This document shows, piece after piece, positions 19,072 to 28,988 of a stretch of DNA of 64,000 nt. This DNA comes from an uncultured Spirochaetaceae bacterium (GTDB lineage: Bacteria > Spirochaetota > Spirochaetia > Treponematales > Treponemataceae): assembly GCA_902792795.1 (NCBI GenBank), contig CADBBB010000006.1, positions 22,200 through 86,199 of the forward strand, read 5' to 3'. A model generated the notes under the pieces. The model did no database searches. It saw only the letters and a program-made list of their open reading frames with translations, and was not told where the DNA came from. Position 1 is the first letter of the stretch. The number at the start of each line of letters is the position of its first letter. The position numbers and the translations under genes were made by a program.

Positions 19072-21009
19072 TTATATGTCCAAGTTGGCGTAACTTGAAT
19101 TGCTTTCGATGAATTCGCGGCGGGGCTCAACTTCTTCACCCATGCAGACGCTGAATATTTTGTCGGCGGCTTCCGCGTCGGGAATCGTGACCACGCGCAT
19201 CTTGCGGCGGGCGGGATCCATCGTCGTTTCCCAAAGCTGCTTTCCGTCCATTTCGCCAAGACCTTTGTAGCGCTGTACGTCCGCCTTTTCGCGCTGGTCT
19301 CCCAAGGCCGCCAAAGCCTCGTCGCGCTCTTGGTCAGAGTAGCAGTAAACAGGCTCCTTCTTTCCAAGCTGCACTTTGAAAAGGGGCGGCATGGCAAGGT
19401 ATACATAACCGTTCTCTATGAGCTGCGGCATGTATCTAAAGAAGAATGTCAAAAGCAAAGTGCGGATGTGGCTTCCGTCGACATCGGCATCGGCCATGAT
19501 GATGATTTTGTGGTAGCGCAATTTGTCAATGTTAAAGTCTTTTCCAAAGCCGGCTCCAAGGCTTGCGATTACAGGCTCCAGTTTGTCGTTGTTCATAACT
19601 TTTTCGGGCCGGACTTTTTCTACGTTGAGCATTTTTCCCCAAAGCGGCAAAATGGCCTGGATTTTTGGGTCGCGTCCTTTTTTGGCGGAACCGCCCGCCG
19701 AGTCGCCCTCGACTATGTAGACTTCGCACATTTCCGGCTCTTTGAGAGAACAGTCGGCGAGCTTTTCGGGCAAGCCAAAGCCGTCTGAAAATGACTTTTT
19801 TCGGCTGGCGTCCTTGGCCTTTTTTGCCGCGATGCGGGCTGTGGCTTCTGAAAGGGCCTTGTCCAAAAGGGCTTCCAAAACGCTTGGGTTTTGCTCAAAG
19901 AAGAGCGTTAGCTTTTCTTTTACAAGCGCGTCAACGATTGTGCGCACTTCGGTGTTGCCGAGCTTTTCCTTGGTCTGGCCTTCAAACTCAGGCTCGGGAA
20001 CTTTCATGGAAACTACAAGGACAATTCCGGAAAGAATGTCCTCTATGCGGAGCTTTTCGTCCTTGTCGGCTTTTTCCAGGCGCTTTTTGAACTTGTCGTT
20101 CGCGTCCAGGAATTTGTTGAGAACAAAGTTTATGGCGTTCTTAAAGCCGTCAAGGTGGGTTCCACCCTCGCGGGTGTTGATGTCGTTTACGTAAGTGTTG
20201 ATGCTTGAAGAATAGCCTGAGTTGTACTGGAAGGCGCATTCGGTTATGACGTTGTCGCGCTCGCCGGTTATGTAAATCGGATTTTCGGGAAGGTAGAACT
20301 TAGACGTCGTCTTTTGGTTCATTTCCTTGACGTACTGGGTGATGCCGCCTTCAAACTTGTAGACGGCTTCCTTGGGCTCTTCCAAGCGCTCGTCGCGGAA
20401 AATGATTGTGATTCCGTTGTTCAAAAAGGCAAGCTCGCGAAGGCGTTTTGCCAAAACGTCAAAGTTGTATGTTGTCGTTTCCTGAAAAATAGTCTTGTCG
20501 GCCTTCCAGCGGATTGTGGTTCCGTGGCGGTCGCTGCTTCCAATTTCCTCTACCTTTGTAGTGGGCTTTCCGACGCTGTACTTTTGCTGGTATTTTTTTC
20601 CGTCGCGCTCGACCACGGCTTCCATCCAAGTGGAAAGGGCGTTTACGCAAGAAACGCCTACTCCGTGCAAACCTCCCGAAACCTTGTAGTTTGACTTGTC
20701 AAATTTTCCGCCGGCGTGCAATTTGGTCAATACCAATTCCAAAGCGCTGATATGTTCCGTAGGGTGAATGTCAACGGGAATGCCGCGGCCGTTGTCTTCC
20801 ACGCGGCAAATGTCGTCCTTTTCCAATGCGACTGTAATTGTGTCGCAAAATCCGGCCATAGCCTCGTCGATGGAGTTGTCAACGACTTCATAAACCAAGT
20901 GGTGGAGTCCGTTGGGGCCGGTGGAACCGATGTACATGCCGGGGCGTTTTCGGACAGCTTCCAATCCCTTTAGGACTTGAATGTTTCCAGCTGAATAATT
21001 TTCGTTCAT
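19072..21009 (-). CDS. gyrB: DNA gyrase subunit B
   Basis: LEAVRKRPGMYIG, EVVDNSIDE, GGLHGVG, EGDSAGG, ADADVDG, RYKGLGEM. Confidence 0.98.
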   Translation of the reverse strand: MNENYSAGNIQVLKGLEAVRKRPGMYIGSTGPNGLHHLVYEVVDNSIDEAMAGFCDTITVALEKDDICRVEDNGRGIPVDIHPTEHISALELVLTKLHAGGKFDKSNYKVSGGLHGVGVSCVNALSTWMEAVVERDGKKYQQKYSVGKPTTKVEEIGSSDRHGTTIRWKADKTIFQETTTYNFDVLAKRLRELAFLNNGITIIFRDERLEEPKEAVYKFEGGITQYVKEMNQKTTSKFYLPENPIYITGERDNVITECAFQYNSGYSSSINTYVNDINTREGGTHLDGFKNAINFVLNKFLDANDKFKKRLEKADKDEKLRIEDILSGIVLVVSMKVPEPEFEGQTKEKLGNTEVRTIVDALVKEKLTLFFEQNPSVLEALLDKALSEATARIAAKKAKDASRKKSFSDGFGLPEKLADCSLKEPEMCEVYIVEGDSAGGSAKKGRDPKIQAILPLWGKMLNVEKVRPEKVMNNDKLEPVIASLGAGFGKDFNIDKLRYHKIIIMADADVDGSHIRTLLLTFFFRYMPQLIENGYVYLAMPPLFKVQLGKKEPVYCYSDQERDEALAALGDQREKADVQRYKGLGEMDGKQLWETTMDPARRKMRVVTIPDAEAADKIFSVCMGEEVEPRREFIESNSSYANLDI

Positions 21010-21109
21010 TTTTATATTCCTATAAAACTAATTTAAAATAGAAAAAAGACAATCGTTTTATTATACTAGTATTGAACAAAAAAGTAAAGTGAGTTTATAA
21101 TGATGGAAT

Positions 21110-22516
21110 ATGAGCGACAACAATTACAAAGAAATATGGGCGGAAGCCTTGAATCAAATAGGAATTCAATATAAAAAAGAAAAGCGCGAAGATGAATTTA
21201 AGCTTTGGTTCAACCTTGAATATGTAAGCGACCAAGGAAACGAAATTACCGCCGCCGTCGCCAGTAAATTTATGATGGACGCGATGGAAAATCGCGGAAA
21301 CATTAAGATTATAAAAGAAAAAATAAAAGAAATAAGCGGCATCGACATTAAAATAAAATTTGAAATAAACAACACCAACATTTCAAAGGAAGAGGCAAAA
21401 GAAGAAAAGACTTCCAAAAAGACGGAAAAAAAAGAATTGGAAAAAATTCCTGAGGAAGAAATAAAGAAAAATCCAAATTTGGATGAAAAATTTACATTTG
21501 AGACATTTGTTCCAGGCGACAACAATATGTTCGCTTATAAGGCTTCCTTAGCGGCGGCGGAAAATCCCGGAAAGTCTTACAACCCAATTTTGCTTTACGG
21601 CGGAAGCGGATTGGGAAAAACCCACCTTATGCAATCCATAGGAAATTACATTTATAAGGCTAAAAAAGGCAAAATAAAAATGGCCTATATAAACACCGAA
21701 TCCTTGATGAATGAATTTACTACAGCTGTAAGAAACAGAACACCAAAAAAAGATACGGCCCAAGAATTTAAAAATAAATACAGAAATCTTGACGTTTTTT
21801 TGCTTGACGACATTTATTTTTTGGAAAAAACAGAAGCCCTTCAAGACGAAATTTTCTATATTTTTGAAGCCTTGAACCTTAAAAAAGCCCAAATGGTCTT
21901 TACTTGCGACCGTCCTATAAATGAAGTCAAAGGCATAACCGAAAGGCTAAGGACAAGGTTCAGCACTGGAATGTGCATTGACATGCAGCCGCCGAATTAT
22001 GAGACAAGAAAGGCCATTTTGCAAAAAAAACTTTCCTTGATGGGAAAAACTTTAAGCGATGAAATAATAGATTTTATCGCTTCCAACATAGAAAGCAACG
22101 TGCGTGAATTGGAAGGTTCGTTGCAAATGGTTGTTAGTTACGGTGATTTTATGAGCAGCGAATTGACCCTTGACGTCGTGAAGGGAATTTTACAGGAAAA
22201 AATAAGTTCAAATTTTGGAGGAAACGTTTCCATAGATACAATACAAAAGGTTGTTTCTGATTTCTATGGAATTTCTGTTTCAGAATTGAAGAGCAAAAAA
22301 CAAAACAAAACAGTAGCTTGGCCGCGTCATGTGGCCATTTACATAGCCAGAAATCTTACCGAAATGTCATTTACGGAAATTGGAAGCGAATTTGGAGGAA
22401 AAGACCATTCCACCATTATGAGCAGCTGCAAAAAAATTGAAGAGAAGAAAAAAATTGACGCTAATTTGGATGGAATTTTAAAGCAGTTGATAAAAGATAT
22501 AAAAAATGCGAAGTAG
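21110..22516 (+). CDS. dnaA: Chromosomal replication initiator DnaA
   Basis: YNPILLYGGSGLGKTHL, LLDDI, SNVRELEG, domain IV GGKDHST. Confidence 0.98.
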   Translation: MSDNNYKEIWAEALNQIGIQYKKEKREDEFKLWFNLEYVSDQGNEITAAVASKFMMDAMENRGNIKIIKEKIKEISGIDIKIKFEINNTNISKEEAKEEKTSKKTEKKELEKIPEEEIKKNPNLDEKFTFETFVPGDNNMFAYKASLAAAENPGKSYNPILLYGGSGLGKTHLMQSIGNYIYKAKKGKIKMAYINTESLMNEFTTAVRNRTPKKDTAQEFKNKYRNLDVFLLDDIYFLEKTEALQDEIFYIFEALNLKKAQMVFTCDRPINEVKGITERLRTRFSTGMCIDMQPPNYETRKAILQKKLSLMGKTLSDEIIDFIASNIESNVRELEGSLQMVVSYGDFMSSELTLDVVKGILQEKISSNFGGNVSIDTIQKVVSDFYGISVSELKSKKQNKTVAWPRHVAIYIARNLTEMSFTEIGSEFGGKDHSTIMSSCKKIEEKKKIDANLDGILKQLIKDIKNAK

Positions 22517-22828
22517 TTTTCAACTCCGTTTATATATATAAATTTATATAAATTTAATAATGATAATAATAAGGGATGTTAATATGTTGAAAACTGACGC
22601 AATTCTTTGCAGGAAAAGAAAATGCAAGGTTGACAACTTTTTGTGTTTTTTCCACAAAAAATTCACTTTTCCACAATTTTAAAAGTTTTCCACAAATTCC
22701 ACACACAGTAAAAACAAAAAGCGAACAAAAATTTTGTAAATTAAAAAGTTAAGAAACACTATGCAAAAAACTAATATTGCGCTATAATAGTTGTCTATAA
22801 AAAGAAAAAGTCTAAGGGAGGCTTGCAA
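22517..22828. other. oriC: Replication origin oriC (dnaA-dnaN intergenic region)
   Basis: AT-rich tract 22530-22572, DnaA-trio-like repeats 22555-22572, TTTTCCACA boxes at 22648, 22667 and 22686, AATTCCACA at 22695, TGTTGAAAA at 22585. Confidence 0.88.
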
Positions 22829-23923
22829 ATGAAGTTTCAGTTTGATCGCGACGCGATGATTAAGGAAGTGGCCATAGCCCAGGAAATTATCGCCAATAAA
22901 AATCCTATTTCAATTCTTTCAAATGTTCTTTTGACAGCCCAGAACAATACCCTTACGATAAAGGCTTCAGATTCAACTGTGGATTACATAACAAGAATTC
23001 CTGTCGAAATTCAAGAGGAAGGTTCGACAACTATTTACTGCGACAAGTTCATGAAAATCATTTCAAAGGCTCCGCAAGGACAAATTGAATTTGAGCAGAA
23101 CGACATCACGGTGACAATCCGCCCGCTTAAAGGACGCTTCACTTTGAAGAGCGTTTCAAGCGACAAATTTCCCGAAGTCAATTCTTTGGAAAACGGAACA
23201 TATTTTGAGCTTCCCGCCAAAGAGCTTAAAGAAATGATTCAGCAAACGTCGTTCGCCGTCAGCGAAGACGGAAACCGCCATTTTATGATGGGCGTTCACT
23301 TTGAAAAGCAAAACGACAATTTGATTATGGTGGCTACCGACGGACGCCGCCTTTCTTACGCCGAAAAGTCTTTGGGCGGAATTCCCGACTTTCCGCAGGC
23401 GATTGTTCCCACAAAAATTTTGGATTGCGTTTTGAAGCACGCGGGCGATGAAGGAAACGTTTCCGTGGCAGTAATCGACAAAAAGATTTTCTTCAAGTTC
23501 GGCAACTACGAGTTTTCTTCGCTTTTGTTGGAAGGAGAATTCCCCAACTACCGCCGCGTAATTCCTTCCGATTTGGACAAAACTTTCCAAGTGCAAAAGT
23601 CTGACTTGTTGGAAGCCCTTGACCGCATCGGCATTTACATTGACAAAACTTCTTTGCGCACAATTTTCAAGCTTTCTCCCGGAAAGCTCACTTTGTTCTC
23701 TCCGGAATTGGACGTTGGAAGCGCCGACGAAGAAATTCCCTGCGAATACAACGGCGAGGAAGTTATGCTCGCCTTCAACTTCCGCTATGTCGAAGAGCCT
23801 CTCAAGCTTACAAGTTCCGAGAGAGTCGCGTTTGACTTTAAGGACGCCAACAAGGCGGCCATTTTGCGCACGGAGCCCAAGTCTGATTACTTCCATGTAA
23901 TCATGACTATGAACTTAAACTAG
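22829..23923 (+). CDS. dnaN: DNA polymerase III beta sliding clamp
   Basis: AGGGAGG RBS; VATDGRRLS, LLEGEFPNYRRVIP, FNFRY; position downstream of dnaA. Confidence 0.97.
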   Translation: MKFQFDRDAMIKEVAIAQEIIANKNPISILSNVLLTAQNNTLTIKASDSTVDYITRIPVEIQEEGSTTIYCDKFMKIISKAPQGQIEFEQNDITVTIRPLKGRFTLKSVSSDKFPEVNSLENGTYFELPAKELKEMIQQTSFAVSEDGNRHFMMGVHFEKQNDNLIMVATDGRRLSYAEKSLGGIPDFPQAIVPTKILDCVLKHAGDEGNVSVAVIDKKIFFKFGNYEFSSLLLEGEFPNYRRVIPSDLDKTFQVQKSDLLEALDRIGIYIDKTSLRTIFKLSPGKLTLFSPELDVGSADEEIPCEYNGEEVMLAFNFRYVEEPLKLTSSERVAFDFKDANKAAILRTEPKSDYFHVIMTMNLN

Positions 23924-23936
23924 TTCGCGCTTTTGA

Positions 23937-25040
23937 ATGGCCTTTTTGTCGCTGTCATTTTATAATTTCCGCAATTTGCAAAACGACAAAATCGATTTTG
24001 AGTCAAAGGAAATTTATTTTGTCGGACAAAACGGACAGGGCAAAAGCAACATTCTTGAATCCCTTTATTATTGCGCCTATGGAAATTCATTCCGCACCCA
24101 CAGCGACGCGGAAATAGTCAGGCGCGGCGAAAAAGAATTTTCAATACGCGCTCTTTATCAAGAAAGCGGCGGCGGGACGCGCAGCGTGAACGTCATTTAC
24201 AAAGACGGCAAAAAAACAATCGAAAAAAACGGCAAGAGAATTCACGACAGAAAGGAATTGATAAACACAATGCCTTGCATTCTTTTTTGCCACGACGACT
24301 TGCGCTTTGTGGAAGGCGAGCCGAGCGACCGCCGCTTTTTTTTGGACCAAAGCCTTTCTATGTACGACGTTCTTTACATAGATCTTTTGCGCCGTTACAG
24401 AATAGCCCTTAAAAACCGCAATGTTTTGTTGAAGGAACGCAAGTCTGAAATGCTTGACGTCTATGACATTCAAATGGCGGAAAACGGTTTGGAAATTCAA
24501 AAGAAACGAAAGGCAGCCGTCTTCAAATTCAATGAAATTTTCACCCGCCTGTACGAGCAGGTTACGGGAATCGCGGGCGTCACCATAAGCTACGAGCCCA
24601 GCTGGAAAGAAATTAAGGACGGAGTTTTGAGCCGCCTTCCCAGCCAACAAGAAATTCTGGATTTGTTAAAAAGCAAGAGGGAAAGCGATTTTGTGATGGG
24701 AACTTCTTTGAGCGGCCCGCACCGCGATCGCTTGCGTTATTTTTGCGACGGAAAGCCTTTTGTTCCGGTGGCTTCGATGGGACAGCGAAGGCTTATCGCG
24801 CTTTTGTTGCGCGTCAGCCAGGCGCTTTTTTATAGCCAAACGATAAACGAAAAGCCGGTTCTCCTAATGGATGACGTCATGCTGGAATTGGATCCCGATA
24901 AGCGCCAAAAGCTAACGGCGCTTTTGCCGGAATACGAGCAATTGTTCTGCACTTTTTTGCCGGGGGAACCTTATGAGCGCTACAAAAGGTCTACGACTAA
25001 AGTTTTTTTTATAGAGAACGGAGGCTGGAAAAATGAGTGA
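23937..25040 (+). CDS. recF: DNA replication/repair protein RecF
   Basis: NFRNL, GQNGQGKSNILES, GPHRD, SMGQRR, LLMDDVMLELD. Confidence 0.96.
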   Translation: MAFLSLSFYNFRNLQNDKIDFESKEIYFVGQNGQGKSNILESLYYCAYGNSFRTHSDAEIVRRGEKEFSIRALYQESGGGTRSVNVIYKDGKKTIEKNGKRIHDRKELINTMPCILFCHDDLRFVEGEPSDRRFFLDQSLSMYDVLYIDLLRRYRIALKNRNVLLKERKSEMLDVYDIQMAENGLEIQKKRKAAVFKFNEIFTRLYEQVTGIAGVTISYEPSWKEIKDGVLSRLPSQQEILDLLKSKRESDFVMGTSLSGPHRDRLRYFCDGKPFVPVASMGQRRLIALLLRVSQALFYSQTINEKPVLLMDDVMLELDPDKRQKLTALLPEYEQLFCTFLPGEPYERYKRSTTKVFFIENGGWKNE

Positions 25041-25560
25041 CCAATTTATCAGCGGCTCTGAAATGATAACGAGGGTTTTTAAAAACATTTCTCCTAGCGA
25101 CATTGAAAAGGGAAATAAAATTGAGCGGGCTTGGAAAACGACGGTTTCCAAAATTTCCGGGAACGGAGAAAAACTCGCCGCGCATTCTTCCGTCGTTGAT
25201 TTAAAAAACGGAATTCTTTTGGTGGAAAGCGACCATCCCGGCTGGAACCAAATGCTTTTGATGCATAAAAAATTCATTCTTACCGGCATGAACCGTTTGA
25301 GCGGCGGCGTCAAAATTGAGTCGCTTGCCTTTAGGTTGAAAGGAAGCGACGCGTCGTTGGCCGACAGCGAAGAGATTGCCAAAAAAGCGATTGAAAAATA
25401 CGCCCAAAAAATTGACGCGGAGCAAAAGCGTTTGGAAGAAATGGGCTATGGACAGCCAAAAGCCGCCGCGACCGGCGAGGAAGGAGGCCAGGACAAGGAA
25501 AACCTTCCGCCGGAACTGAACGCCATTTTTGAAAGGCTGAAAAATTCCGCAAAAGAATAA
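25033..25560 (+). CDS. dciA: DciA/DUF721 family helicase-loading factor
   Basis: AWKTTV...LAAHS.VVDLKNGILLVESDHPGWNQML; position after recF. Confidence 0.8.
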   Translation: MSDQFISGSEMITRVFKNISPSDIEKGNKIERAWKTTVSKISGNGEKLAAHSSVVDLKNGILLVESDHPGWNQMLLMHKKFILTGMNRLSGGVKIESLAFRLKGSDASLADSEEIAKKAIEKYAQKIDAEQKRLEEMGYGQPKAAATGEEGGQDKENLPPELNAIFERLKNSAKE

Positions 25561-25602
25561 TAGGTTGACAATGACGGCTTTTTTTTCGATAATAGATAGA
25601 AT

Positions 25603-26964
25603 ATGATGCCTGTAATTATTGCGGTTATTTCTTGTCTCGCCGTCATTGCCGTTTTGAGCGTAGTTGGCGGAAGAAAATCTGGCGGCGGATCAAGCAAGGC
25701 TGGCGGCCGTCCAATAAAAAATTTGCAAAAGAACCGCGCGCAGATTATACGCGATTGCACAAAAAAACTTTCCCACGACCCTTATAATACCCAGGCTCTT
25801 TTGCCTTTGGCGGATTTGTATTTTACCGAAAATTTGTGGGACAAGGCCGTGACCCTTTACAACACTCTTGTTGACTTGGCTCCAACCCATCCCGACGTTG
25901 ATCCTTCTGTGGTTTGCTTGCGTCATGGAATTTGTTGCGTCAAGCTCAAGCGTTTTCCTGAGGCGATGAAAAGCCTTGTGAGCGCGTATAAGTTAAAGTC
26001 TGACAGTTTTGAAGTGAACTATTATTTGGGCCAGGCTTGCTACGCGAGCAACGATTTTGAAAAGGCGATTCCCTGCTTTAAAAAAGCTTATACAATGAAT
26101 CCCGAGGCGGGCGGAATAACCGAGCCGCTTGGCATGGCGATGTACAAGGCAAAGAAATTCCGCGATTGCCTTCCGGTTTTGCGCAAGGCTTTAAACGACG
26201 ATCCGCAGAACAAGGAATGTTTGTTCGCGATGGCCGACGCGATGCAGGAATGCGGCGCGGGCGACAAGGCGCTCAAGGTTTTTGTCCATTTGCGCCCCGA
26301 TCCGGTTTACGGCCCCCGCTCTTGCTTGAGCGCCGGAATCATCCACGCCCGCATGGGCCAGAACGATTTGGCGGCGCAGGATTACGAAATTGGCTTGAAG
26401 CTCAAGGACATTCCGACGGAAACTTTTTTGGAGTTGAATTATCGCTTGGCGCAATGTTATTTTTCCACCAACAAAATCGCCTTGGGCTTGCAGTGCTTGA
26501 CGACAATCAACAACACAGTTCCCAACTACAAAGACGTGGCAACGTTGATAAGCCGCTACAAGGAGTTGAACCAAAACTCAAATTTGCAGCTTTATCTTAC
26601 AAGCGGAACGAGCGACTTTGTCGTTTTGTGCCGCAATTTGGTCAGCAAGTATTACGCGCACTCTGTCGTGAAAATTTCCGACGTTGAAGTGCAGCAGGAA
26701 TCAGTTGAAATTTTGTGCGAGGTGGAGACGCCCAAGTGGGAAGACGTTGAGCTTTTCCGCTTTTACAGAACGACCGGCGCCGTGGGCGAACTTTTTGTGC
26801 GCGACTTTCACGCCAAGCTCAAGGACAAAAAAGTTGACAGAGGATTTTGTCTTACGCCCGGCTCCTTTAGCGAAGAGGCTCACAAGTATGTGGAAGGACG
26901 TCCGATCGACTTGATTGAAAAATCACAGCTGATGGCTCTCTTAAAAAAGATAACGTTGAAATAA
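25603..26964 (+). CDS. Membrane-anchored TPR protein with C-terminal Mrr_cat-like domain
   Basis: N-terminal TM, multiple TPRs, C-terminal VGELFVRDFH...RGFCLTPGSFSEEA...IDLIEK pattern. Confidence 0.75.
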   Translation: MMPVIIAVISCLAVIAVLSVVGGRKSGGGSSKAGGRPIKNLQKNRAQIIRDCTKKLSHDPYNTQALLPLADLYFTENLWDKAVTLYNTLVDLAPTHPDVDPSVVCLRHGICCVKLKRFPEAMKSLVSAYKLKSDSFEVNYYLGQACYASNDFEKAIPCFKKAYTMNPEAGGITEPLGMAMYKAKKFRDCLPVLRKALNDDPQNKECLFAMADAMQECGAGDKALKVFVHLRPDPVYGPRSCLSAGIIHARMGQNDLAAQDYEIGLKLKDIPTETFLELNYRLAQCYFSTNKIALGLQCLTTINNTVPNYKDVATLISRYKELNQNSNLQLYLTSGTSDFVVLCRNLVSKYYAHSVVKISDVEVQQESVEILCEVETPKWEDVELFRFYRTTGAVGELFVRDFHAKLKDKKVDRGFCLTPGSFSEEAHKYVEGRPIDLIEKSQLMALLKKITLK

Positions 26965-26981
26965 ACGCAAGGCCAAGAACG

Positions 26982-27009
26982 CCCGCCGCTCAAACGGCGG
27001 GTTTTTTTT
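26982..27009 (+). terminator. Intrinsic terminator between convergent genes
   Basis: CCCGCCG-6nt-CGGCGGG followed by T8. Confidence 0.8.
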
Positions 27010-27014
27010 ACGCG

Positions 27015-27773
27015 CTAATTTTTTGGAATCAAGACCAAATTGCGCTCGCGGTCGTCGCCGCTGTTGGTGTCGGTCAGGAAGGGAACTTCGAGCGCGACTG
27101 TTTTGTAGACGCGGGAATTGTTAGTTGAGTCGGGAGCGAACGAGGCGGCTAAATCGGAAGAGGCGTCGCCGGCCGCGGCTTGTTCGGCGTAACCGAGAGC
27201 TCCCATTTCTTCCAAAATTTTTTGCCGCCGCGCCTTGTACGCCGCAAGAACGCCGCCCGGCTTTAATACCGCCAAAAGGCTTTTTAGCATTTTATTGTCC
27301 AGCGGCCTAAATGCCCGGAAGGTCGCTATGTCGAACGAGGCGGCGGGCGTTTTTTCCAATTCCAAATTTTTTACCTGCACATTGTGCAAGCCCAAAATTG
27401 CGGCGGCGTTTTCCAAAAAGGCGCATCTCTTGCTCATCCGTTCCACAAGGACAAAATTGTATTGGGGGAGCGCCGCCGCCAATGGGATTCCCGGAAGCCC
27501 GCCGCCGGAGCCTATGTCGGCAATGGTGACTGATTCCTGACCAGAAGGCGCGGCTCGCTCGTCGGCGAGCGCTTTGATGAGCTCCGCGGCCGAAAGGCTG
27601 TCAAGGATATGGCGGACCGCAATTTCTTCGCGGTCGTTTGTGTTTACAAGATTGTAGGCCGAGTTGAACAAAACAAGCTCGTTGATGTAAGAGTCCATCA
27701 AAGGAGCGAGCCGCTCGATTTCTTTTTGCGGAAAATTAAGTTTTTGCAAGCCTTGAATAAGTTTTGTCGGCAT
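27015..27773 (-). CDS. rsmG: 16S rRNA m7G527 methyltransferase
   Basis: RHILDSL, DIGSGGGLPGIPLA, LVERMSKRCAFL, TFRAF; likely start MPTKL at 27773. Confidence 0.95.
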   Translation of the reverse strand: MPTKLIQGLQKLNFPQKEIERLAPLMDSYINELVLFNSAYNLVNTNDREEIAVRHILDSLSAAELIKALADERAAPSGQESVTIADIGSGGGLPGIPLAAALPQYNFVLVERMSKRCAFLENAAAILGLHNVQVKNLELEKTPAASFDIATFRAFRPLDNKMLKSLLAVLKPGGVLAAYKARRQKILEEMGALGYAEQAAAGDASSDLAASFAPDSTNNSRVYKTVALEVPFLTDTNSGDDRERNLVLIPKN

Positions 27774-27778
27774 AGTTT

Positions 27779-28894
27779 TTACTGGGCGCTTCCGATGTCC
27801 AAAAGAAGGTCGCCCATCGTTCCGTCTTGAAGAAGGTGGAGGGTGACTAAGTTGCCCACGCGCGAGGCCGTCATTTTTTGCGCCGCGCAAAATTTGCTTA
27901 AGGGCGTGTCGCAAGATTTGCTTTGCGAAAGCGTGGGCGTGACCGTGTAAATTGTCTTTGAGTTTTGCGTTCCGCTGGCCTTGAACAAAAGGTAGAAGGT
28001 TTCGGAAACGTTTTCGTTGTCAAAAAGAGTCCGCGCGTCGCCGGTCAGCAAAAAGCTTCCGTCGCTTTCGCGGTCGCTAAAGTAAACTTGGACGCATTTT
28101 GAAAGCACGTCGTTTGCGTTCACGATGAAGCGCAAAATTTTTGGAGGAAGCGCGGACGGCTTGCATCCGGTTGTCGCGGCGGCGAGATTGGCGCTTTGCG
28201 ACTTTTTTATTTCGTCCAGTTCCGTAAGAATTTTATTTAGCAAGATTTTGTTTTGCGCCGCGTCGGAGCTTGAGCTTCTGTTAAAGGAATTGTTTTGCAA
28301 AAGCGACGAAACGTTTGTGATTGAGCCGCTCTTGGCCAGCTGAACCAAGTCTTGCGCGGTGAGGCCGGAAAAGTCCGCGCCTTGTTCGCCAAGAAGCGCG
28401 CTTTCCAAATTTTTAGAAGCGGTTGATTTTTTTTCTTCCGTTGCGGCTTGCGTTTGAGCGGCGCTCTTTTCTTGGTTGAGGAAATTTTTTCCGGGCGTGT
28501 AAAAGGAGCTCCCCGCGACCGGCGCCGAAATTTTTGGCATGCTGGGCATTGTCGCGCTGGGCGAAAGCGTCACAGGCTGGACAGGGGCGACTGGAGCTGT
28601 GGGAGAGGCCGGCGCCACTGTTTGCGCCGACAAGTTGTTGGTGGCCAAAAAAAGAGCGGCGCTTGTGGCTAGGAGGACGGCGCGTTTACATGTTGCCAAG
28701 GCTTTCCTCCACGTATTCAAGCCGCTGCTGGAGCTGCTCGATTGTCTTTCGCAGGCGCTTGGCCTCTCTTTCCAACTTGGTTTTGGGGTCGTCGTCTTGT
28801 GCGGCGCGCTTTGAGCGAAGGCTGCAGTTCCCAAAAGAGAAAAGGCGGTTGCGATTGCAAGGGCTTTACATATTGCCAAGGCTTTCCTCCACAT
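27779..28894 (-). CDS. Secreted hypothetical protein with a duplicated signal-peptide region
   Basis: Likely start MWRKALAICK (ATG 28894, overlapping the upstream gene end); second signal-like segment TWRKALATCK...LSAQ; Pro/Ser-rich linker. Confidence 0.6.
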   Translation of the reverse strand: MWRKALAICKALAIATAFSLLGTAAFAQSAPHKTTTPKPSWKERPSACERQSSSSSSGLNTWRKALATCKRAVLLATSAALFLATNNLSAQTVAPASPTAPVAPVQPVTLSPSATMPSMPKISAPVAGSSFYTPGKNFLNQEKSAAQTQAATEEKKSTASKNLESALLGEQGADFSGLTAQDLVQLAKSGSITNVSSLLQNNSFNRSSSSDAAQNKILLNKILTELDEIKKSQSANLAAATTGCKPSALPPKILRFIVNANDVLSKCVQVYFSDRESDGSFLLTGDARTLFDNENVSETFYLLFKASGTQNSKTIYTVTPTLSQSKSCDTPLSKFCAAQKMTASRVGNLVTLHLLQDGTMGDLLLDIGSAQ

Positions 28895-28988
28895 ATTCAA
28901 GGCGCTGCTGCAATTGGTCGATTGTCTTTCGCAGGCGCTTGGCTTCTTTTTCAAGCTTTGTCTTGGGGTCGTCGTCTTGGGCCGCGCG
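28685..28988. repeat. Diverged direct repeat of ~124 bp with 180-bp period
   Basis: 28685-28808 aligns without gaps to 28865-28988. Confidence 0.9.

Noticed and set aside
21110-22516. dnaA is visibly more AT-rich than neighbouring genes, suggesting horizontal transfer
   Set aside because: Canonical synteny and intact motifs; low expression or origin-related composition is a simpler explanation.
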